DNA of 40,309 nt from Mobula birostris (GCF_030028105.1 NC_092383.1:97115604-97155912); one strand, 5' to 3'. Shown: positions 12,328 through 22,671, counted from the first letter of the stretch. Numbers and translations are program-made. The notes: generated by a model not told the origin, from the letters alone.

Positions 12328-12614
12328 CTAGAAAATATCTGTGACCCCACCCCCACCCCCCCACCTCCCCACCTCCCCACCTGACCATTGATATCCAGCT
12401 GCAGGCTACAACTTCATTTCTGAGAGCCGGGTACAGAGAGTCTAGAGTCCTGATGAAGGGTCTCTGCATGAAACAACACTGACTTTGTGCTGTCTGTCTC
12501 ACGGGGCTGGGAACAACATGATGGGCCGCTTGGCTTCCTCTTTGGCTTTCCCAGGTCTGATTCCTCTTCCTATCACTGACCTCACCTACGGATTGTCTTG
12601 TCTTCTCTCCTCAG

Positions 12615-12935
12615 CTGGGACTGGGTCTCCCCCTACCACTGTGACCGGAACTCAGGGACAGTCAGTCTCCTTACCTTCTGGGATCCCAGTCAGACCGGAC
12701 GATGAGGTTCATTGGTTTCGGGTATCGCCCAGAATCAAGATTGTGAAGTACACGAATGAGAACATCAGCTACTTCAGTAATGAGCAGTACAAGAACAGGA
12801 TAACCTTTCATCCTGGGAACGTTAGTCTGGAAATCTATGACCTACGGAGAGAGGACTCTGGTGATTATGAGCTTATTTTTACTGCAGCAGGATCAGGAGC
12901 TGAAAATAAAACAACAGTGCGACTGGAGGTGTACG
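12615..12935 (+). CDS. Exon encoding an N-terminal V-set Ig domain without the B-F disulfide (CD2/SLAM type)
   Basis: Acceptor tcttctctcctcag, donor g|gtgagt, 321 nt, phase 1-1. Translation includes VTGTQGQSVSLP..VHWF..YKNRITFHPGNVSLEIYDLRREDSGDYELI..VRLEVY, with no Cys and three NxS/T sites. Confidence 0.93.
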
Positions 12936-14084
12936 GTGAGTGAGACCGGTCCCTGAAACACCCCTAATGGATGGGTGAGGGCAGATCCTATGTGTTTCCC
13001 TGTTTACTGAACCCCACTGACTACCCGTGTCCAGAGCTGGGCTCACGGTCCCAGTGTAGTGAGGTTGAGTCAGTGTGAGCTTGGAGGACACACACGCCAC
13101 ATCCACCAAGACTGAGACAGGAGCTGGAAGGGATCGAACCGACATTGGGGAATCTCATGTATCTGAGACGAAGGCAGCTCAGCACACATGGAGAATGGAC
13201 CTGGTGTGAATGGCCTGAACAGTCTGTATTTGTGGGTCACAGTTACACACTGTATCTCCAGTCAAAGGCCTGGTCTGTCATGTTCGGGGATCCCAGTTAT
13301 CCAGTCTCTTTCCCAGACTACTACTTGTTAATTGTCCAGACTGAGGTCTGAGCTCAGCAAGGTGTTTATTCCTCAGCCTTCATGCTGTGCTGTGCTGAGT
13401 GAGACCCTGCATATTCATTACACTGAATATAGTGTCCCAGTGAGTGACAGTACACGGACACAACAGCACACTCACACACAACAATATGGTTCCTGACTCA
13501 CTCTAACAGTAATATCACATTCACAATAATCTCACTCAGCAGCATCTGTCTGGGAAACCCTCTCTGCTTTGTTAGGGTGCATTGTGTAGTTAAGGAATAT
13601 ACAAATATTAATCTCACCACAGCCCATCTTCAGACATGAAGATGGATTGTAGATTGAATTTAAAATGCAGCTCTGAACACTAGTTTTCCTGTAGCTGTGG
13701 ACTGGAGTTGATTGCAAACCTGACAATTCTGATGAACATTCATTTTGTGTGTCTGGAGTGTGGGTGTGAACGACAAGGTAGGTGAAAAATATATGGAGGA
13801 CCAAGGAAGCATTGTTGGTACATTGTACCGGTACAATTATCCTGCATTTACCTTTGACCTTTAGCATGTCACAGTATTATGTAACATTGGGTCAAGAGGC
13901 TGTTTCTTCCAAGATTGTCTCAATATGATGCCTGTTTTTGGTGAATCACACATTTCTATATCCAACAGCTTTGGTGTCTCTCCGGTGACTTCACCTTACA
14001 ACATCCTCCATCCCAGTGTTAATGTTCACCATTTGAAGGAGGAGAACATCAGAAGATGAGAAATAGAAAACAGAATACAGAAAA

Positions 14085-14250
14085 TCATGAACATGGGTTG
14101 GAGACAGAGACCTCCTCTGGGATCGAGTAGAGGAAGAAAGGGATTGACGTTTACAAAATTGAGGGATATTGATAATATAATTGCAAGCAGGCTTTTTCCT
14201 CTGAGGTTGGGTCAGAGTAGAATTAGAGGTCATGGGGTAAGGGTGAAAGG
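14085..14250 (+). mobile_element. Old CR1 3' fragment
   Basis: Encodes LFPLRLGQSRIRGHGVRVKG, typical of the CR1 ORF2 C-terminus. Confidence 0.6.
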
Positions 14251-14286
14251 ACACACAAAAAGACAGTTCAATTGGCGGTACTGGGA
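14251..14286 (-). repeat. 36-bp remnant of the 3' LTR; PPT-like agaggtgagggtac at 14287-14300
   Basis: acacacaaaaagacagttcaa.tgg..gtactg matches 18644-18679. Confidence 0.8.
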
Positions 14287-14339
14287 GTACCCTCACCTCT
14301 ACGGACACCTCCTGGCATCACGACAGGTAGAGCTGGGTG

Positions 14340-14490
14340 CTGACGTCAAAAGTCCCTGAGGAGAGAGAGGTCCAGGATGTTATGGGTGGGAACCCAGCAC
14401 CTCTCCTCAGGACTGTAGCCCTCCCAGTCCACAAGTACTGGAGGCCTGCGACGAACATCCAGCTGTCGATGCACCGTGAAGGCCTCTGAC
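14340..14490 (-). pseudogene. Integrase-fused chromodomain remnant
   Basis: [44 protein letters not shown], with a frameshift or deletion. Confidence 0.85.
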
Positions 14491-17400
14491 CCATCGATGA
14501 GCTGCTGGGGAGGGGTGTTTTAGGGTCAGAACACAGGGGGTGGCTCATGAAAGGCTGGATGTGGGACACATGGAAGGTGGGATGAATGCAGTGGAGAGTG
14601 GAGGGGAGTTTGAGACGGACGGCGGCAGGGCTGATGACTTCAGCAATGGGAAAGGGGCCATTGAAGTGAGGGGTGAGCTTGCAGGAATTTACCTTGAGGG
14701 GCAGGTCTCGGGTTGAAAGCCACACACACAGTCCATCCTGGTAACGTGCGGCCTTGCAGCGATGGCAGTCAGCTTGATGCTTGATCCTAGCAGAGGCACG
14801 GAGAAGGGCAGAGTGAGTGTGCCTCCATGTTCACTGATAACAGCGGATGAATGCCTCAGCAGATGGAACGCCAACCTCCTCCTCCTGGGCAGGAAACAGT
14901 GGAGGTTGGTAACAAAGGCAGCACTCGAAGGGGGACAGACCAGTGGAAGAGGACGGATGAGAGTTTATGGCGTACTCGTCCCAGGGTAGCTGCTGACTCC
15001 ACGTGGAGGGGTTCTGGGAGGCCAGGCACCGCAATACAGTCTCCAGCTGTTGGTTTGCCCACTCGGTCTGGCCGTTGGTCTGTGGGTGGAATCCATACAA
15101 ACCACCGATGAAGGCCTGAGTACACTTGGTTCCAGGGTGACAGGATAACTGGGAACAATGACCCCACTGCAATACCTGTGAGCGGACAGAGCTGGGAACA
15201 TCAACACGATTAGTGGGGCATTGACTAGGGGCTGCCTTGATCTGTTGAGCAGCTTACACAATGGATTCAATGTCCCTTTGCACTGCACCCATGAGACAGT
15301 GAGCAGGGAGGATGACATCAGGTACCTCACGGGTCTTAGTGGAGGGGAATCTTCAGGAGAGGGAATCAGGTTTTCCATCCTTGGAATCGGGGCAGAAGGA
15401 CAGAGTAAAATTGAATCTTGAGAAAAACTGGGAGCAACAAGTTTGACGGGAGTTAAGATGCTTGGTGGTACAGATATATTCCAGATTCTTGTGATCAGTC
15501 CAGACTTAGAATGGCACCTTGGCTCCCTCCAGCCAATGCCTCCACTCCTCCAGAGCGAGCTTCACAGCCAGCAATTCCCGGTTTCCGACATCGTAATTCC
15601 GCTCCGTGGGAGTGAGGCGGTGAGAGAAGAATGTGCAGAGGTGTACCTTCTCATCCTTGGCCGAACGCTGAGAGAGAACAACTCCTACACCAATGTCAGA
15701 TGTGTCCACCTCCAGAATGAACTGCCGGTCGGTGTCGGGTTGAATCAGGATGGGGGCAGAGGAGAAACATTCATTCAGGTCAGAGAATGCTTTTTCAGTA
15801 GCAGGGGATCAGGTACTCTGACAGGCAATGATGCATGGGCAGTGAGGGGTACAGCCATTGTACTGTAATTTCTGATGAAGTGGCGATAGAAGTTAGTGAA
15901 ACCCAAAAAATGTTGCAACTCCTGACAAGTCAAAGGTTGGTTCCATTCGACCACCGCCTTGATATTCTGTTGGTCCATCTGAATGGAACCGCCTGGAATT
16001 ACATACCCCAGGAAGGAGACGGTATTGCGATGAAACTCACATTTCTCAGCCTTCACAAAGATCGATTCTCCAGAAGGGGCTGGAAAACACTGCAGATGTG
16101 ACCTGTGTGCTCAGCAAGGGTCTTAGAAAATAAATCAAAATGTTGTCGAGATACACAAAAACAAATTGGTTCAGCACGTCCCTGAGAACGTCATTTACCA
16201 GGGCTTGGAAGACGGCCAGGGCATTGGTGAGACCGAATGGCATAACCAGATACTCGTAATGGCCTGAGGTAGTGTTGAAGGCTCTCTTCCACTTGTCCAC
16301 TTTGTGCATGGGGACAAGATGGTCGGCGTTACGGAGATCAAGCTTGGTGAAAACTGAGTCTCCTTGCAGTAGTTCAAACACCGAGGTCATGAGTGGAAGA
16401 GGGAAACGGTTCTTAACAGTGACTTCATTCAGTCCCCGGTAATCAATGCATGGACGCAAGGAGCCGTCCTTCTTTTCAAGAAAGAGCAAACCGGCACCAG
16501 CAGGGGAGGAAGACGGCTGGATGATGCCTGCAGCCAGGGACTGTTGAATGTACTTATTCATGGCTTCTGTTTCAGGTACAGACAGGGAATACAGGCTCCC
16601 CTTGGGGAAGATGTGTCAGGCAAGGGGTCAGTGGCACAATCATATGGACGATGAGGCGGCAGGGAAGTGCCCGGGACTTGCTGAACACAGCCTTGAGGAG
16701 GGATGGCACTAAGGTCCGGAATTCCTCGAGGGGAATCTGGGCTTGGAGACAAGGGGATCTGAGCATGGCGGAGACAGTGGGAGTGACAGAATGGGCTCCA
16801 GCCTACAAACTTATGACTGACCCAGTCAATGTGGGGGTTGTGTTTAACTAACCAGGGATGTCCAGGACAATAGGAGTTTGAGGAGTCAATAACATAAAGG
16901 GTTAACTGTTCATGATCATTTCCGGATAAACTGAGACTCACTGGGGCCGTGACATGGGTGATGTCAACCGGTCTCTGACCTTTCAAGGCATTGTCCATCA
17001 ATGGTGACTGGAGAGCAGATGTGGATAATCCCCAATGGGCAGCCAACCCAGAATCAATAAAACACCCCTCCACACCAGAATTGACCAGGATGGAGACTGC
17101 TCGCTGTTGGGCGTCCCACTCCAGAGAAGCAGGTATGAGAGTGAGTGGCATCAAGGAGGGCCAGACAGGGGTCACGTTCACCAATACTCCTCGTCCTACT
17201 GGTGAGCACTTGGCTTTTACTGGACAGGTGGAGATGAAATGTCCTGCTGGGTCACAGTACAGACAGGAACGGGTGCTGATTTTCCTTTGTCTTTCAGTCG
17301 GCCTCAGGCGGGTACAGTCAACGTGCAGAGCCTCGGGCTCTGGAACGGGAATTGTAGATGAGGTCAAACAGCAGGGCAACGTAGACTGACGAGGAGCTTG

Positions 17401-18163
17401 GAACCCCTCGCTCTGCGGCGCTGCTGAAAGCGAACATCAATACGGATGGCCAGATTCGCCAGGGCTTCAAAGGTGGCAGGAAGCTCCTGGGTGACCAGCT
17501 CATCTTTGATGTCTTCGGAGAGGCCGTTCAGGAAGGTGTCATACTGTGCCTCCGAGCTCCAGCCACTGGAGGTGGAACTCTATGGCGTAATCTGACACAG
17601 ATCTGCACCCCTGATGCATGTGCAGCATTTCATGGGCAGCGTCTCTCCCATATTTGGAGTAATCAAACACTTCTCTCATCTCCTCAGAAAATAACTGAAA
17701 ACTATAGCAGAAAGGGGAGCCTGCCTCCCAGACAGCTGTTCCCTATTCTCTTGCCCGACCAGACAGTTGGGTGATGATGTAGGCTACCTTGGCTCGATCA
17801 GTCAGAAATGTTGTTGGTTGTAATTCAAAAACGTGGGTGCACTGGGAAAGTAAAGAGCGACAGGTACCGGGCTCACCTGAGAACCTTTCTGGAGGAGGCA
17901 GACAGGGCTTTTGGACAGGAGGAGCACGCGGGGACACAGAGGGTGGGGTGGAAGATACAGTGACAGAATGTTGATGGACGCTCTGGGGCAGCTGGAGTGA
18001 CTGAGTCTGGGCCACAAGAGGGGCTACATCAGCAGAAACCGACTCCACTGCCCTGAACACCGACTCCAGCTGGTTCTGGGGTCTCACCAGCATCACTCCC
18101 AGTTGTTCCAGGGCAGCTCTCAGACAACCAGGGTCTGTCGGTTCCATTCTGACCAGATTGTAC

Positions 18164-18679
18164 TGTCGAGACACTGGAGCAGGGATCCAATCACAGACCC
18201 AGTACTGTGCACACAGTGATATTATTGAGTTACAAATCCCAAGGTGCAAACAAGGTCAGTGTCAAAGTTCATGCATTGATCAAAAGTTCCAGAGAAATCC
18301 AAAAACCAGAATCAGCAAACAGGCAGAGTTGATATTCAGACAGACAGAGTACAGATACAAATGCTGGAAAGGCTCAGGAAAATTCACTGGCACAATCTGG
18401 CAACAAACAGGTGAAAACACAGGACTGAAATACACTGAGCAATAAACAGAGAGGCAGATGATAGGTTAGCACAATGAGACACAGGGGGCAGCAATACAGG
18501 TAATAATGAGAAACAGGTGAGAGACGGAGTACTCAGTAATACCGGGGCCAGGTAGAGCAGGAGCGGGGACAGGAACACATGGGGCATGAAAACAAACAAG
18601 AGCACATGGAAATACAAAACCACAGACTGACGGCTAGGGGGAAACACACAAAAAGACAGTTCAACTGGAAGTACTGACA
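18164..18679 (-). repeat. 5' LTR (516 bp) of the sushi-like element
   Basis: On the minus strand it starts TGTCAG and ends TCGACA, directly upstream of gag. Its start is duplicated at 14251-14286. Confidence 0.85.
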
Positions 18680-18904
18680 GAATCAGACAGTCGTCAAAGA
18701 AACCCCTTCAGCTGGTTAAACTGTTCTGAACATCAGCTCTATAAAAGGAGAGAGAGCCCCATGTACTGCATCAGATCCAGCTGGAGACGGGCCCTCGTCC
18801 ATTCAATGACCTCCACTGGAGCAACGTCAGAAATCAGAATCAGTGTGTGTCAGAGTGGGAGCAGGATGGAGAATCAAAGTGACAGCAACTCGAACTTCTG
18901 ACTC

Positions 18905-19460
18905 ACAATTGGCAAATGGAATTTAATGCAGACGAGTACGAAGCCTTAACCTTTGGGAACTAAACCAGGGTGGGACTTAAATGAGGAGCAGTCAGGCACT
19001 GAAGAGTGTAGTAGAATAGAGAGATCTGGGAATGGAAAACCATAATTTCTTGAAAATGGTGTCACAGGCAGATAGGGTCATTACAAAAAAGCTTTTGGCA
19101 CATTGGCCTTCATAAATCAATGTATTGAGTATAGGAGTTGGGATGTTATGTTGAAATTGTGCAAGACCTTGGAGAGGCCTAATTTGGAGTATTTGTGCAA
19201 TTCTGGTCACCTACATACAGGAAAAGTATCAATAAGATTGAAAGAGTGCAGAGTATCAGGACTTGAGGACCAGAGTTATATGGGAAGGTGGGGGAATTTC
19301 TTCACTCAGATGGTGGAACAAGGTGGAGGTTGAAGGGTTGGAACCAGGTTTGTTTTCAATGCCTAACAGAAATTTGGATAAATACTGGGAGGGATGTGGA
19401 AGGTGATGTCCAGATGTGTATCAATGGGACTAGGAATGGGCTAGATGGACTGAAGGGTTT
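18905..19460 (+). mobile_element. Old, diverged CR1 3' fragment
   Basis: Contains QMEFNA and AFINQCIEYRSWDVMLKLCKTLERPNLEY, plus a CR1-like 3' end. Confidence 0.7.
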
Positions 19461-20062
19461 GTTTTGACACTGCAATGCTCTATGGTTCAATGGAGTCTCA
19501 TTGAAAGGCCAGGAAGCATAGATGTTGAAGCACTGAATGGGGAGGCGAGTGGGGTAGAAGGAAACGGTCAGAGGAACCTAATGTTTGTTTTCGGTCGGAG
19601 AGGTTATGGGAACAGAGATGAAAGAAATGACACAGACTCAAGCCTTCATCATAATCTGGGCAGGCAGAGTGGAGATGGAGAGACTGACAGAATAGACTGG
19701 GCTGTGTCTTGTATTGGATCAGATTCAGGGCAGGTCAGGGCTGGGGCTCACTCAGGTTTCGAAGGGATGCTGGGACCACACACAGGATTAACTAACGACA
19801 TGGAAATGGAGAGAATTCCTGGAATAGAGAGCTATAAACAGGACATGGAGGAGAGTTTGTAGATGAGTGTGGGTAGTGCACGTGGGAACATCCTCCAGCA
19901 GCAAGTGACTGGTGAGGGAAGGGTTAAACCGTTGGGTAAAAATGAGGTGGGATTGGCTTGAAGTTCACTCTGGAGTGTTGGGGATGGGATGGGGGAGTTG
20001 GGGATCGAGGTGTCCACAAGGATCTCCTTTATTCATCTTTCATCTCTCCCTCACACCCTCAG

Positions 20063-20346
20063 AGCCCGTGTCAGGAGCAAACATCACAGTTCAGAACATC
20101 ACTGGGACTTGTAACCTCACCCTGACTGCTCCATGACCTCTGGCAACCCCACCAGATTCAGTTGGTGGAGAGGAGAAGTTACAGGAGACAACAGCAGCCA
20201 TCACATCTGGAAAGACAGAAAGACGATGCAGGTTGATTGCACAGCAGAGGTGGAGGATGTTGTGTACAGGTGTGAGGCCAGCAACCCCATCAGTGAGGAC
20301 ACCGCACAGGTCCGGCTGGGGGACGTCTGTAATCTGGACACACATC
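20063..20346 (+). pseudogene. Exon encoding a C2-set Ig domain with a CD2/SLAM-type extra cysteine pair; 1-bp deletion at ~20126
   Basis: Acceptor cacaccctcag, donor c|gtgagt. Translation EPVSGANITVQNITGTCNLTL[T]CSMTSGNPTRFSWWR..YRCEASNPISEDTAQVRLGDVC. The exon is 284 nt, one short of a phase 1-1 exon. Confidence 0.9.
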
Positions 20347-20748
20347 GTGAGTGTCGGAGGATGAAGTTGGGATTTAGTTATCTCCCCGTCCCAGGAGTGT
20401 GAGATGGGGCAGCACAGAGGAGCTTCAGTTTGTATCTATTCAGCACTCTGACACTGTTTGAGAGAATACTGTAGAGAACCATTTACTTTATCGGCAACCT
20501 TCATTTTTTGTATTTTATACTCAGGCCTCTGCTCATATTTGTCAGCACAGACTGGGTGAGGAACTGCAGTACATTTTGCAGAAGGTCCACACTGAATCAA
20601 CTGTGCACTGTTGCTGGAGGGAGGGAGTGATTCGATTGGAGGGAAGGATTATTTCGGATAGCTGAGGCATCGAGTGGTCAGGGAGGTGGAGGCTGAGCTT
20701 GAGGAGACTGTTTACTCATTGGGAAATATTTTCTCCTCTGCATTATAG

Positions 20749-20879
20749 CACCTAACACAACAGCAGCAGGAGATGCAGTGACCCTGGTGATCAGATTGTT
20801 CGAGATGGGGACCCTCCTGATCTTTGCTCTCACTGTGGTCCTCATGGTCACACGGAGGAGAAGATCTGAGGGAAGGGAA
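20749..20879 (+). CDS. Stalk/transmembrane exon
   Basis: Acceptor ttttctcctctgcattatag, phase 1. Translation PPNTTAAGDAVTLVIRLFEMGTLLIFALTVVLMVTRRRRSEGRE (hydrophobic helix plus basic stop-transfer). Donor gtaact at 20880. Confidence 0.85.
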
Positions 20880-21033
20880 GTAACTTCAGAGACTGTGTCG
20901 TTGAGTCTAGTATTTGGGGAGGGAGAGAGAGGGGGTGGGCAGGGGGGTGACAACAGGGGTGGGAGAGAGGGGTTAGATAAAGTGGGGAATGGTTTTAGTA
21001 CAGACCCTGTCACCTCTCCTTTCTGTCCCACAG

Positions 21034-21122
21034 ACCAAGCGGAGACGGGCATCATTTACACAAATCTTCAGAGGATGCAGAAGAATCGCAGTGTCTGGCA
21101 GCCCCCCAAGGGGAATGACAGG
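21034..21122 (+). CDS. Cytoplasmic exon 1 with ITIM (IIYTNL, 21051-21068)
   Basis: Acceptor ctctcctttctgtcccacag, donor agg|gtaatg (phase 0). Translation DQAETGIIYTNLQRMQKNRSVWQPPKGNDR. Confidence 0.8.
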
Positions 21123-21404
21123 GTAATGACAGACATGTTACCCCTGGAAAGAGGCCACTGTGGGTCACTCACCCTCCTTGGGGCAGACTGAACATAAGGC
21201 CTACATGTAATCTGCAGAATCCCACGATCAACCACAGGTCCCCGTCACCAGAGATCGTTCCAACCACCACTGCGGAACTCAGCAGCGCACACACGGGGGC
21301 ACAGCAAGATCCCACGTACCACTGAGGAGTCAATTGAAACTTTGCCTCAGTGATCTCCAGGCCTGGTCAGACAGATCGAACAGCAATTGTACACTCCACA
21401 TACA

Positions 21405-21824
21405 CACTGTTACTGGGTACACTGTTCCCACACACCCAGTCACTGGGGTACACCGTCCCCACACACCCGGTTACTGGGGTACACTGTCCCCACACACCCA
21501 ATTACTGCGTACACTGTCCCACACACCCAGTCACTGGGGTACACTGCCCCACACGCAGTCGCTATGGATCCCTGTCTCACACACCCAGTCACCGGGATAC
21601 ACAATCCCTCATTCTCCCAGTCACTGGGGTACCCTGTCCCCACACTCCCAGTCACTGGGGTACCCTGTCCCCACACTCCCAGTCACTGGGTTACCCTGTC
21701 CCCACACTCCCAGTCACTGGGGTACCCTGTCGCCACACTCCCAGTCACTGGGTTACCCTGTCCCCACACTCCCAGTCACTGGGGTACCCTGTCCCCACAC
21801 TCCCAGTCACTGGGTTACCCTGTC
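21405..21824. repeat. 31-bp minisatellite, ~13 units, consensus CCCAGTCACTGGGGTACCCTGTCCCCACACT
   Basis: The period is seen directly at 21616-21824; the 5' units are more diverged. Confidence 0.95.
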
Positions 21825-22079
21825 GCTGTACATGAGGTTATGCCCAGTAGTATGTGCATTTCTGATGATCAGTCGTGGTGTTAATATTTGTGTCAATGGG
21901 CAGTTAGTGAGTTCATTCCGAATGCACTGAGAGTGAGACCGTGTTGATGCTGGGTCAGTATGATTGTTTGTCAGTTGATTGGTGCTGACTGGGTGATCTG
22001 AGTTTCCATCATTGTGTGTCGCTTTGCATGTCCAGGTCTTTTGTGTCCATGTGTCACGTGTCGATGTGCCCAGTCTCAA

Positions 22080-22480
22080 TGTCTCCCCTCTCCAGAGTCC
22101 TTATCTCTGTCTCCAGTCTCCATGTCCTGTCACTAGGTCCTGGTCTATATCTCCCTGTTTCTGTGTCTTGTCTCCCGGTCCTGGTCTGTATCTCCTTGCT
22201 TCTGTGTCCTCGTCTAAATCTCCCTGCCTCTGTGTCCTCATCTGTATCTCCCTGTCCCAGGGTCCTGGTCTGTATCTCTCTGTCTCTTGGTCGTGCTCTG
22301 TATCTCCCTGCCCAGGGACCTAGACTGTATCTCCCTATCTCGATGTCCTGTCTCTGGCTCCCAGTCTGTATCTCCTTGTTTCTGTGTGCTGTCTCCAGGT
22401 CCTGTCTCTGTGTTCTGGTCTCTATCTCCCTGACTGGGTCCTGGACTCTATTTCCCTGTCTGTGTTTCCCAGTCTCCAAG
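22080..22480. repeat. Degenerate pyrimidine-rich tandem repeat (core ggtcctggtctgtatctccctg)
   Basis: The core motif recurs about ten times at irregular spacing. Confidence 0.75.
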
Positions 22481-22554
22481 AGTTCCTGACACAGTGTGTC
22501 TTGTCCCTGTTTCCCTTAATCACCCAGAGCTGACAGGTTCTGTTTCTTTTGTAG

Positions 22555-22671
22555 TTTGCTGGTCCGAAGGTCATTGCCGAGACTAATCCCACTGAGTATG
22601 CTGCAGTGATGCACCATGCCAGACCCCCCATGGACGGGCTGAGGACAGAACCCCCAGACAGTATCCTGTAG
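22555..22671 (+). CDS. Terminal cytoplasmic exon with ITSM (TEYAAV, 22591-22608) and stop codon
   Basis: Acceptor tctgtttcttttgtag; phase 0 matches the donor at 21122. Translation FAGPKVIAETNPTEYAAVMHHARPPMDGLRTEPPDSIL*. It is absent from the ORF track because it is short. Confidence 0.8.
   Translation, partial: FAGPKVIAETNPTEYAAVMHHARPPMDGLRTEPPDSIL

Larger units (their letters stand above)
14251..18679 (-). mobile_element. Tf1/sushi-group (chromovirus) Gypsy LTR retrotransposon, degenerate, antisense in intron
   Basis: gag starts at 18147 (MEPTDP..PPPERFSGEPGTCR), followed by a CCHC knuckle CLYCDPAGHFISTC (~17224-17266), protease (VNSG), RT 16046-16561, RNase H 15506-15709, a partly deleted integrase (HPQTNGQTE) and a C-terminal chromodomain. 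Confidence 0.93.
12615..22671 (+). other. CD2/SLAM-family Ig receptor gene (V-C2-TM-ITIM-ITSM); leader exon not found; possible pseudogene
   Basis: Five exons with AG/GT boundaries in the expected order, with phase 1-1 Ig exons. See the individual exons for details. Confidence 0.85.

Noticed and set aside
12485-12614. N-terminal 43 codons of ORF 12485-12943 as a signal peptide, or a mini leader exon ending at 12554
   Set aside because: It is poorly hydrophobic, overlaps a repeat remnant and the polypyrimidine tract, and would need a weak donor (gtctga) and a 60-nt intron.
18212-18240. RSS-like motif CACAGTG + 13 nt + ACAAATCCC inside an Ig-superfamily gene
   Set aside because: It lies within a retrotransposon LTR far from any exon boundary, has no partner RSS, and the nonamer matches only 7/9, so chance is likely.
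18740-18749. TATAAAAG as a promoter
   Set aside because: It is an isolated motif within an intron with no associated start exon.
20546-20555. Possible 10-nt micro-exon (ag|cacagactgg|gtgagg)
   Set aside because: Including it would shift the TM exon into a frame with an immediate stop.
21187-21325. Alternative terminal exons (TEHKAYM* or NPTINH..DPTYH*)
   Set aside because: The acceptors are weaker and there is no recognisable motif. The exon at 22555 has a better acceptor and an ITSM. Minor isoforms cannot be excluded.
21405-21824. Palindromic ~31-bp direct repeats resembling a CRISPR array
   Set aside because: The units are contiguous with no unique spacers, there are no cas genes, and the context is a vertebrate intron.
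21334-21930. Three overlapping 160-200 aa ORFs
   Set aside because: They are translations of the stop-poor minisatellite and give periodic low-complexity peptides.
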